Shown here: piece after piece, positions 24,196 through 36,000 of the stretch
Layout: every line of letters starts with the position of its first letter
Position numbering within the stretch: the first letter of the stretch is position 1
Assembly: GCA_001179505.1 (NCBI GenBank)
Contig: CDMY01000337.1
Location: forward strand, 50,158 to 114,157
Source of the DNA: Vitrella brassicaformis CCMP3155
Taxonomy: Eukaryota; Protista; Chromerida
DNA length: 64,000 nt
Direction: 5' to 3'
Translations under genes and position numbers: made by a program
The notes under the pieces: generated by a model
What the model was told of the DNA's origin: nothing
Seen by the model: only the letters and a program-made list of their open reading frames with translations
Databases searched by the model: none

Positions 24196-24306
24196 GTCCT
24201 GTCCAGTAGCTCGATGCGCACCTCGAACAGCACCACTGCCGGATGAGGACGGTCTGCCGGACCCGGCAGTGGTGCTGTTTGAGGTGCGTGTCGTGCCTCA
24301 CAGGAC
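24196..24306. repeat. Second foldback hairpin (about 111 nt)
   Basis: Core arms 24217-24242 and 24263-24288 match at 25/26 (the mismatch is a G-U pair on +), with a 20-nt loop. Wobble pairs and a distal GTCCTGT/ACAGGAC stem extend it. Confidence 0.85.
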
Positions 24307-24607
24307 CTCGCTGATGACGAGTAGGGGTACAATGACTGCCTGTGCCCCTACTCACTGTCAGCCAGGTCAGGGAAGGGCGATACACGCATTGCGGTTTGAC
24401 CCATACACGTATCTGGGGGGCTTTTTCTGCGTGGGGGTGTACTCTTCCTGTGCATATGTGTGAACAATTCTTATACCCCACCCTCACTCTCAGTCACACC
24501 GGTCAGTCAGGGGGCCTGGCACAAACGTAGATTGCGATACGACCAATCGACACACGCAGACAGACACAGGGAACAGAAGACCGCAGTAGCTAGCGTAGAG
24601 AAGCTTC

Positions 24608-26976
24608 TCACGAAGTCGGCAGGAGAGGTGCGTCGGCCGCCTCTTCGGCACTACCCTCACTTGACCGACACGCAGCCACCCACAGAGAGACAGACAGACA
24701 GACACATACTCTCACCCAAATGCTCCAGTGTCTGGCCCTCTCGTCCTCACTCTGACCTCCCGGTTGCTGTCCCTCTGCGGCAGCTGCAGCAGCTGCAGCA
24801 GCCTGTTGCTGTGCGGCGCTTCCCTTCCACTCGCCGCCGGTCCACTCGCTGTTCATCATGGCGGTGATCATGGTCTTCTCCTCCTCGTCGAGCTCCTCCT
24901 CCCATATGCTCTCCTGCGTCACCACATTGTAGAAGTAGTCCGCCCCACTCTCGGGGTCGTTGTACTTCTCCCATATCTCGTCAGCCCAGATCGACAGGCC
25001 CTTTTGTGCATTGTAGAGGTAGTCGTTGCCGCTCTCAGCGTCCGTGTACTTGACCCACCCCTCCGGCAGCCCCTTGCTGTCGCGGCCCATGAAGCCCAGA
25101 GAGCTCTGGTCGGCCGGCGGCGGCTCCTCCTGGGCCGGGTTCGGGCGGGCCACCTCCTCTTTGAGCTTCAGCTGCTTGACGGGTACTGGGGGCGGGGCTT
25201 TGCGGGTCCTGGCGTAGACAAGGTAGCCCACCAGGGCGGCAAGCATGAGGGCCGTGAAGCAGCAGATGAAGATGAACACCGACCGCCAGAAGTCGGCCCA
25301 CTCCTCGGTGAGGGCCATCGACTGGCCGGGGGCGTTAATACTGTCAGACACCGACACCACATTGGGCACCATCTCCACCTGAGACACAGAGAGAGAGAGA
25401 GAGAGAGAGAAGGGGCGATTCCAATGTTTGTTTCTGTGCAGTGCATGTGTCCTCCTCACCCACCCAATCGTCGACAAGAATAAAGTTGAGCCATCTCTTG
25501 AGGTTTGCGCGTCTGTAGTTGCAGTCCAGCATGGCGCGGGACCACACCTTGTCGCGCGAGAACCCGCAGAAGGATGTCGACGCGGCCTTCCCGGCGTTAC
25601 ATGGAGACAGGAATCCTTCGAAGCGGTGCCAGGCGGCGCGAGCCAGGGGGAAGAGTTTGTGGCATGTCGCGTTGAGGGCTGGCTCCAGATCGACCACTGT
25701 CGCCTTCTCTCGGTAGCTGTCGCCTGTGCGACTTGCTGCAACCAAAGAGGCAGCCAGAGAGCGGCCAAAACGGTTGCGTGTTGTTCTTCTCATGGTCTGA
25801 CTGACCGACTGAGCAGATAGGTCTGAAGGTCGGTTTGTCGTTCTGAAGTCGTCAAAAGAGCGAGGCGACGGTTGTCCTTGATGAGCTCCCCGACTGTCTT
25901 TGTCGGCTTGATCCACTCGGATGCAGGAACCAGCCTGTCCATCTTGTCACGAAAGTAGTCGACAATGAAGGTCATGAACTCGGTCTCCACGTCCACGTCT
26001 GCAACCAAGTGCGCGGCAATACAGATGCATGCCATCCACTGATGCATGCGACTGCACACCGACCGATGTGCGCGACGTCGCCTGCGCCCTTGGGGTCGAA
26101 TGCGGTGAATACGGTCTTCTTCTGGAAGGCGCGGAAGTCGACGACCACGACATCGTTCTTATATTCGTCCAGGAAGGACTCCACCTGCACGAGGATCTCC
26201 TCGATATCCTGCCCCCTTGCCCATGGCTTCCAGAGCGAGTTGCCACGTAGCTCACCAACACACCGTCTTTGTAACCGACCTTGGTTTATCAAGGCACAAG
26301 CACACATGGTGGGAGGCATACGGGCGGCCCCCTGACCATGACATGGCGGCTGCATTCATGGTTTTGCTGACCTTATGCCTCGTTTGAGCTGTGCCATGAC
26401 GTCGTGTGGCTGGAAGCGGAAGGTGCAGTCCTCGACGGCTTTGCCATTCCAGTCCTTCATGTCCACACCCGCCCCAGAGTTGTGCGTCCCGGGGAAGGTG
26501 ATGTAGCGGATCTTAAACTCACACAGGCTGGTGTAATGGTTGCAGCCCGCCAGCGGCCGGATCTCCTCCGGCTCTGGGGCACTGCAAATCTTCTTGTCTG
26601 CGAAGGCGAACGAGAGGGGGCTTTCATCAGACACCCACATGGAATCGCCGCTGTGCTTCTTGCAGTCGAGTTTGCCGATGTCGGTGCGGCACTTGCGGCC
26701 CGACTGATGGTGGTCGCTCTCCTCGCAGGGCTCAAGGAAGTTGACCCTCGGGCAGCGGCCGCCAACGAAATAACCGAACACGCTGTCGCACCAGTAAGAC
26801 CCGCCCCCTCCTGACGACTGCTGCAGTTGCTCGCCGGCCTCGAGTTGAACGAACGACAGTGCGGGGCGCTTGTCCGATGCATCTTTGCGGTGGCGGTGGG
26901 CGTCAGACACACAGGCGAGGGATAGAAAGAGGGCGAGAGGGAGGGGTGGGGCTCCTCGAAAGGAGAGAAGCCTCAT
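24608..26976 (-). CDS. Type-I membrane protein: signal peptide, Cys-rich segment, PI-PLC X-box-like phosphodiesterase ectodomain, TM helix, two cytoplasmic WW domains
   Basis: ITFPGTHNSG...QLKRGIR...VESFLDEYKNDVVVVDF...LNFILVDD (PLC-like). TM VFIFICCFTALMLAALVGYLVYA. LPEGWVKYTDAESGNDYLYNAQKGLSIW and IWEKYNDPESGADYFYNVVTQESIW (WW x2). Confidence 0.8.
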
Positions 26977-27098
26977 GGATGGATGGGGCTCAGGCAAAGA
27001 GATGAGCAACGGACGGCCTTCACATCAACGGGGGAACGGGGCAGAAGGGAGCGCTGCCCCCGTTGCAAGCTGTGGCCCCATTGCAGGACTTTTACGTG

Positions 27099-30000
27099 AT
27101 GGCTTTGTGCCGTGTTGCACTGTGGAGGGCTCTCCTGCTTTTCTGCTTCCTGTTCTCATCTGCGGCGCTGCCCACATTCAATGCGAGACAGATGCCACAG
27201 CAGCTCACAAGCGACGGTGCCTTTTATCGCAGTGCAGACGATGTAGCCTTCCTTCAAGACCCTGGCGGTAATGGGACAGCGGGCCGTGGCGGAAGCAAGC
27301 CCACTCTCCCTCCACCGCTCCGTATCGACTGTCAAGTCGACAGCCGGGAGGTGGTGAAGCTCGTTGTGCGCCCAGAGGATGGGTTGCTGCCAGATGGCTG
27401 GAAGGACCCGTCGCATGAGAGGCCCTTCTTCACCGGCCAGGGACACCCACCCACAAAGACAAACAGGTGACACAGAGCATGCACAGCACGGCACACAAAC
27501 GCGTTGGATGGCTGATTGTTTCGCTCCTGTCTCTCTGCCAGGGTGACTGCCACATCCGGGCGGGTCCTCTGGCTGGACTTCGGCGCCAACCACTACTTCG
27601 TCACTCCTTTCTTCAACGCCACCCACCACATATGCATCCCCCTCCTCCCCCCTGGCGGACCCGCCGAGGCGTCCTTTCTACTCGCCTTCCATTTCGCTGT
27701 CTCGACCCCACCCCTCGTCGGCACCAGACAGGTGCTGCTGGACAACTTCCAGGGCTTCCAGGTCGGCTTCCTCCCCGACGAAAGCGACCCGGAAGCCGTG
27801 CATTTCGGGGTGCTGCCTCTTGTTGCTGGGGATCGGTCATCGATGGTGCGCATATGCTGGCGGGCGGAGGAGGGGCTGCTGTACCATGCAAGAAGATTGC
27901 AAGAAGATACTGCTTGTGTGTGAGGATGGTTGGTGGGCCCATCTCTCTTCCCTTTGTCAGATTTTGTGTCTCGTTGTGGCGACGGCAAGGTGGAGCCGCC
28001 CGAGGAATGTGACACGGGGGGTGAGGCGCTGGGGTCAAGTGACTGCAGTTGCAACTGCAGAAGTAAGACCCCGTAGGTAACAGATGCCTTGTCTCACCAT
28101 CTGTTACCTATATACCTGCCCTCTTCCCTCAGAGAAGTGTCCGCCATACGCCAGCATTCTTGGCGACCGTGCCCTCCGCTTCGCTGCCCGATACGTGACC
28201 CCACACCAACAGCGCAATGCACAGGCCACGTCGCCCTACGGATTCACGTCCTCCATTCTTGTCAAGGCGATGGAGGCAGGGGGGGCGCTGGAACTGAAGT
28301 GCCGGGAGGATGTCCCATCTGTAGTCGGTGACAAGAGGCGGAATCGCACCTTCACTGCCGACGTGGCCAGCGGCAGGGACATCGTCATATGCGGTGCGAG
28401 TCGGTCGGGGGAATTCTCGCCGCGACTCATGGACTGCTACGGTCGGTGGGCTGGTGAGTGGTCGATCGACTCCTGCGCCTTTCTTGGTGTCCGTCCTCAG
28501 AGACATGTGATCCGGATTCTCTGCTGTGGTGGCAGCAAACAGACATCGTGCTGCCCGAGAGGCAAGCCACCCTCCAACTTGTGTCGCCAAGAAGGGCAGG
28601 CTTGGTGCGGCACGGCGAGGCGGTCCGCGTGAGATGCAACCCATCGGCAGGTGTGGGTGGGGTTGAGGGGGCCCCCAGCGAACAGACACTGGAATGTGAC
28701 GACGGGCACCTAGAGCCACTCAGGCTGCCTTGCTTTGGTAAGTCATTCATGACAGACAGACAGAAGCCATCGATCCGTCACGGAAGGGGCTCTACGGCCT
28801 GTCTTCTTCTTCGTCTGTGTGTGCCACAGCCATTTGTCCAGCCGAGATCCGCGGCCCTCCCACCTACACCCTGCCCATCTCACCTTCGCGTTATTCCATC
28901 AGCGGCGAGGGCTTTCAGGAGGGCGCCACGCGGACCCTGTCGTGCCGGCAGGGCTTCACCACCCCCACAGACAGCACGACAACCACAGAGGAGATCGAGT
29001 GCATCAAGGGCCAGTGGACACCCGTCACTCTCGTCTGCGAGGGGCAGTGCCCGCCATTCGCTCTCCCCAGGGGCAAGGAGCATCTGTATGTGACCGACCC
29101 GCCCCTCACACGTGAGAGTGCGCCGTTTGGTAGCAGGATCCATGTGTATTGCGCGAGGGGTCTGTCTCCGCCGAGTGACGGGCCGCAGAGTCTTGAGGTG
29201 GAGTGCACCTGCTACGGCACCGCTGAGGAGTGCCAGAGCAACAAGGGCACCTACGAATGGACCGACTTCGAGCTGCCCTGCGGCGGTAGGAACCACCGAC
29301 ACACTGATGGATTCACTGCAGGGGTGTGTCTCTTTGTTGGCTACAGCCTCCTGCCCTTCCTACCAGACAGAGGAGGGCTATATCACAGAGCTGCCATTCG
29401 CCCTCGGAGCCGCCTCAGCCAACAACCGCTCGACTGAGACATCGCCGATGGGCCACGTCAGGCAGACCGGTGCCAACGACACGACTGCAGAGGAGGCCTC
29501 CAGCGCCATGTCTGCACTCACCGTGGTAGCAGTATCAGGGGGGAAGGTGGTGGGCGGTGGAGGAGAGGACAGCACGGCAGCTGCTGGTGGGAGAGCAGAG
29601 GCCAGCGATGTGACTGTGCCAGAGGGGACGGCAATCGTGGTGGCCTGTGATGCTGAGAAGGGCTATGGTGTGCGACTTGGGGCTCTGCACACGCGCGACA
29701 CCGTGACGTGCACTAGCCGTGGATACTCTGCCAAGACGCTTCTCTGTTACCGAGCGTATACACATGACATCTCCAGACGCCCTTGCCTTTTCTCAGGTCT
29801 GTGTGCCGCTGTCTGGCTTGCAGACATGTGCTTGTCGTCTCCGCCTCTTCCCGACCATCTGCACTACCTCGTGGACCCCCCTGCGGGCGACACACGCACA
29901 GGTCCCCCCTACCCCCATGGATACGCAGTCACCGTTAGCTGCCGCGCCGGCAGCAGCAGAGGCGAGACTGACGCCGTCCCGCTGCGGGAGACACTCACGT

Positions 30001-33000
30001 GTGTGCAGGGCAGATGGACCGAACCAAACCTTGTCTGCCGAGGTGGGGCGGTGAGAGACATTAGCTATCGCCAGCTGGCCATAAGAGACATCTATATACG
30101 TGAGACATGGCTGGTGTGTGTATATGCAGCCAAGTGCATGGAGTGGTCGATGCTCGATGACGCCGTGTACGAGACGCTTCCTGAGCCGCAAGAGGCCCTC
30201 AAGAGGCGTGCGGATGCCGCGCTCAACAAGACGGCGGGCGAGGGTGGGTGGTACGACGGTGCCATGGTCAAGGTCAAGTGCCGACACTCATTCGAGGAAC
30301 AGGACCTCTACTGCCGAAATGCACACTGGACACCACTCACACTCGTCTGCACACGTAACCCGCAAGACAGCAGCACTTTGACACTAGCCAGCCACTATTG
30401 CTTCTTTCGTTCAGGTCCGTGCCCGAAGCTCTCTGTGGAGGCCCGCAAGGGCATGGAAAGCGAGAAATCTTTCCTTTATGTGGTCTCGCCTGAAGAGGTC
30501 ACTCGGGGGGAGTCGCAGCACGGCACTGTGGTGACGGTGAGGTGCAACCAAGACAAGGGCTTCTCGCCCGCAAGGGGGCCCGTTGAGGACCGCATCACCT
30601 GCAACAAGGGACACTGGACGCCACAAAGGCTCTTCTGCGGACGTGAGAACGAGAGAACGGCTGAACTGACATCTCTGTGTCCATCAATTGATCAATGTGT
30701 GCAGGAGACTGTCCCTTCATCCCGTGGCTGCATCCACCTGAGGCCTACCTCATCCCCCAGATCCGCACTCGGCCCCGCGACACACCGTCGCTGCGCCGCC
30801 CACATATGGCCGAGGGGACGGTGCTTAACGGCCCTGACGTGCTGGCACCCAGTGCATCTCCCTCTCCCCCACCCTCTCCTTCACCGTCGCCAAGCCCCTC
30901 CCCCACGCCGATCGTCACAACGACCCAGCAGCCGGTAAGACAGTATTTCTCTCTCTGTAAGCAGCAGATATCAGGATGCGTGTGTCTCTATCTTAGACAT
31001 CGACGGAAGAGCCCAGCGACTTTGCTGAAAACGAAGGTGTCCCGGCCTTCCTGGAGGAGGGGAAAGATGACACTACGGACTGGTCGCCCGCCACCTATAC
31101 CGCCGCCCACCAGCTGGAGATCCTGATCGGGCTGGAGCATCATCCCTCGGGCACTCAGGTGTTCATCAAATGCAACGGGGACCTGGGGTACTCGCCCAGC
31201 ACTGGGGCGAGGAACAGAGTGGACGCCATCGTATGTGAGGCCGGGAAATGGACACAGCTCCCATTGACATGCATGCGTAAGCTCATGCAGTAAGTAGAGG
31301 GCAACACGTGGGTGAGACAACACACATGCACAGCTGTGGTTGTGTGTGCGTCTGTGTGTCCAGCTTCGTGTGGGCCTTTCCCGTCCCCTGAGCACAGTCA
31401 CTTTTACTCCATTGAGCACATTGGGGGCATGGCCAACACGGATAGGCACGGCGCCAAGGTGCGCATCACTTGCTCGGACAAGTACGCCGCTCTGCCCGAG
31501 CCCCGGTCGCCCGGCTTCGCTGAGAGCGTTTGCTTCAACGGCACATGGCGGCCATTCCCGCCACCAATGCTCTGCTCTGGTACTCACACAGGCCAGAGAA
31601 ACGTACGGATGCACAATACCATTTCTTGTGTGCCCGTCCATCCATCCATCCATCCATCCAATTGATCAGGCAGTTGCGCACCGTATGCCCTCCCGGCCTC
31701 TCAAGTGCTGGCCAGCCCCCCCAAGGCCTTCTACTCGACGTTCGACACGATCGACATTGCCTGCAACACGCAGGCGGGGTACCTCAATGCGAGTGACCGG
31801 TTCACCAAGGTCAGGAACGTGGGAGGGGAGGAGGAGGAGCCGACCAACAAGGGTGAGGGCGCCGTGCTGTCTGTATCAACACTCACGTGTCTCCATGGGC
31901 TCTTCAGTGAGCCGGAGCCGCCGCTCGATTGCCGGCGTAAGCGCATCCACGCACCCACACATGGTCCGGCCCACATTGACGTATCCGCCGCTGCCCTTTT
32001 CCAGAGTCCTGCTCGGATTTCATAACCCTCGTCGACACCACCGAGTACTCATTCCGTGTTATGTCTTCCTCGGCGGAGTTCACCAACACCACTGCATGCG
32101 CCCTACCCCCATCCGCTCCTTCGGCAGTGGCCAACACATCTGCCCACCCTCCCTCGCCCCTCCCCTTGCACCCGAGACATGGCAGCTGCGTCAAGTTGGG
32201 GTGTCAGATGGGCTACACGCCTGATGTTGACCCGCACCAGTGGAGCGACGAGCCGTGTGCGAGTCCGGGTGATGTGCACTACGAGCCGGTCTTCGGCAGT
32301 CGGGACTGCGAGACGCTGCGCTGCATGGATGGGCAATGGAGAAGGCGGTCTTTCAGATGCAGAAGTAGGCAGGCAACAGAGGAGGATGGGCTCCGTTTTC
32401 CCATGTGTGTGTCTCTTGCAGAGGACTGTCCCAACCCTTTCTTGCATTATCTCCCGGAGGGCCTAGATATCCTTAACACGACAAAGATAAAGGACGTCTA
32501 CCATCATGGGGAGACACTCACCATCACGTGCCACGGTGAAGGAAGCGCATACCTCAAGTGTGCTCGCGACGTGAATCCGTACGTCGCACATGTTGATCAG
32601 AGCCGGCGGGGCGTCCGTTGACTGGCTACGCTGCGGTGCCCCCCGAGCTGCCGGACAGCAACCAGACCCTCACGTGCAACGACGGACATTTCGACTTTGT
32701 AAAACTCGACTGCAAAAGTGCGGAATGACATCAGACACGAGAGAGAGAGACAGCATCAACCAGTCTTTTCGCTGCAGAATTGTGTGGTCCATACTTTCCT
32801 CCTGGCCCCAAGGATCACTACAAGCACTACCACTGGTCGACCGATTCAGAAGGGCTCCAGTCATCCGTCGACAGACAAGCGGAAGAACTCATCAAGAAAC
32901 GGGTGAGACAGACAGACAGGTATCGAGGACAAACATATGGAGACACCGCCCGCCCTGTTGCTCTCTCTGTATCTGTAGGGCAACACGACGGTGAGCGCTG

Positions 33001-36000
33001 AGGCTCTGAAGCCTTATCTCGTTCATCGGTCGGTGCGATATATGCGGTGCGCCGACCTCTACTCGGACCCCGACTGGCCGTCGCCGTCGCCATACGAGAC
33101 TGTCGAGTGCGTCAGCGGGCTCTGGACCATCCAGCAACTCAAATGCACAAGTGAGTCCGATCAGTGTCTCAACACCATCGATACACACTCTTGTTTGTCC
33201 GATGTGTCTTCCTTTCAGAGCAGTGTCCCGGCAAGAAGTTCTACTACCTCCCCTCCGACGTGTACCCGACCACATACACAGGCAGAAAGGGCGGCCTCCC
33301 CTCCCCGCGCACACCGCACACCGTGGGCTCCCTCTTCGACCGCTCGTCCCTTTATGACGATGGCGATATTTTGTCGATCGACTGCATCGGTCCGACGAGC
33401 CCGTCTGCGCTGCCGCCTGCGGGGGAGGAGACGACCGTGGGTATGGGGTATGAGGGCGACAAGTGCGACGTACGCTGTACGAGAGGCAAGTGGACCATGC
33501 TGCCCATCATATGCAAAAGTAAGGTGGCGAGGGGGAGAGAAATGACGGGAGGTCACAGTATGTGGTCGTGTCTGCAGGGAGGTGTCATCCTTATGTGAAC
33601 CCTCTGCCGGCTCGGGCAGTCTGTGAGCCGCCGCTGTTTTGCAAAACCGACCCTCGGGATCTGACGTCCGACGAGCAGCTGCACACGATGCACCTGCCCT
33701 ATGGCAACGACACCATGTTCCGCCACGGCTCGGCACTCAACATCTCGTGCATCGCGACCTACCTGCCCTCACTGCTGCCAGTGCAGGAGACCATCACCTG
33801 CTCAGATGGCAGATGGGCCGCCACGCAACTCACTTGTTGGAGTAAGTGCACACAGCTAAGGAGAGCCAGCAACACCCGCACAGAATCTCTCTGTGTCTCC
33901 AGAGCCGTGTGGAGCGTTCGATGCCCTCGCTCGGAGTGGCGAGGACCCCTCACGGTACCTCTCAGAGCCAGACCAGAACAACCTCAACATCACACCGGCA
34001 CACTGGCGAAACGACGTGCCGCAGCCCTCACCCGGCAGCAAGGAGGCGGTGGGGCCGTACTTCCTGCATGGGTCTCGCTACGTGGTGTCTTGCGACACGG
34101 CCAAGGGTTTCGAGTCCATCATGCCGCGGCCAGTGGACTTCAGCGAGTGCTTCGACGGACACTGGACCGGCGTCGCACTGCAGTGCAGACGTACGTGTGT
34201 TACTGGGGTTGGTGGTGTGGGTATACACCTTCCCGCGTGTGTTCATGTGTGTCTTCAGGAAGGTGTGGATCGGTGGAGTCAGTGATGGAGAGCCTTCACG
34301 AGGACCCGTCTCGGTACACAATCGCCCACAAGGGAGTCACCCACGGGACTGTGGCACACCTCACGTGCGCCGAGGGATACACACCCGTGGAGGGCCGGCC
34401 CGACGAGCTGGAGCTCATCGAATGCAATGACGGCCAGTGGGGCCGACCCAACCTCAGATGCGAAAGTAATCCAGTGAGCGAACAGTGATTGGCGACACAC
34501 ATGGCCACATCTCTTTGTGTGTGCAGAGAAGTGTCCGGATTACATGGAGTATGCTGGAGTGTATGACTCGGAGGTGCTCAACTCATCAAGATATGTGCTC
34601 ACGGGCTTCTCGGGCCAGAAATGGGCTGGCGCCGCATTCACCATCGAGTGCGCTGTCGGCGCATCCCCAGTAAGCAAGCGACAAGAGAGAGAGAGAGAGA
34701 GAGAGAGGTCCCTCATTCGTGTCTCGTCTCGGTATGGTTGTGACAATGGACGGCTGCAGGATCAGCCTGTGCAGGAGCTGACATCCGCTGGCGAGGGTCC
34801 CCAGCTGTCGGTCGCCTCTTCTCAAGTCATCCGCTGCCTCAATGGCGGCTGGCAGGCACGACTGCTGTCATGCCTCGGTAAGAAGCAGCGATCGAATCAC
34901 ATCACAACCCTCTAAAAACACTTGGTGCCATGTCTATGTGTCTCACCTGCGGCCAGCCAACTGCCCCGACTATCTGCCGGAGCCCAACTACGAGATCGAT
35001 GAGGAGTGCGGGCAGGGATACATCGTCACCGGACACTCTTTTGGATACGACAACGGTACACAAGGGACAGCACGCAGGCAGGCGGGCAGGCAGGCAAGCA
35101 GCTCAAGTGCCTGTGTGTCTCTCTGTGTCTGTCTGCGTGTCTCTCAGATACCAAGACGGTGCGCAACGGCTTCTCCCGTGAGCTGATGTGTTGCCTGCAG
35201 GGCATGCCCATCTTCGAGGACAGCGACGAGCCGAAATGCTCGTAGGCCACGCCACATCGCCACCTTGACCCCTTGATTGATTATGTGGCTGTGGGGGGTG
35301 TGTCAGGTGGGATTGGTCTGTGAAGGATGCTGGTCCGAATCCCGCCATGACAGCCGACGACCCCACATGGGGGTGGGACAGAGTCGTCTGCCACGACGGA
35401 CAGTGGACACAGCCGCAACTAGAGTGCCACCGTAAGGATGGGTGGATGGTGGGTGGGTGGACAAACAAGATGTGTCTCCACCATCTCTTCCCCTCTGTGT
35501 GTTCATTCATTCATTTGTCTATCAGCCAACTGTGTGGCCCTCGAGGCCGAGAAGTTCAACTTAGATCTTGGCGAGTACAAGCAGTACGGGCGGGCCACCG
35601 GTGGCCGCGAGACCAGCACAAGCTACGACATATTCGAAGAAGCGGTCAGCCTCTTGCAAAAGGGCAGCCAGCCGGCCACCACAGCCAGGAGGCCAACACG
35701 CGTCCCCACCCCCCGGATCCGCCACTCTCTGATCCAGCTGCCGCCCCCACCACGTGAGGGCGGGAGGGGTGACGAAGGCGACATGGCCGATGAGGACGCG
35801 ACAGGGGAGGCGTTCGAGACTTATCCATACGGGACAACGGTGGACGTGCGGTGCGACAAGGGCAGTCTTCCAGACCCGGTGCAGGGTGAGTGGCCGAAAG
35901 AGTGGGACAAGCGCGTGACGGTGGAGGCGACGTGCAAGCGGGGGCGATTCCAGAACATACCTTTCGACTGCATACGTACGTAGACACGCGAGACGGAAGG

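Noticed and set aside
24196-24306. SECIS element
   Set aside because: An ATGA is present, but there is no proper GA-quartet/AA-loop geometry and no in-frame UGA needing recoding in the neighbouring genes.
29112-30938. 608-aa ORF as a stand-alone gene
   Set aside because: It is several Sushi exons read through stop-free introns, with frame changes relative to the true exons.
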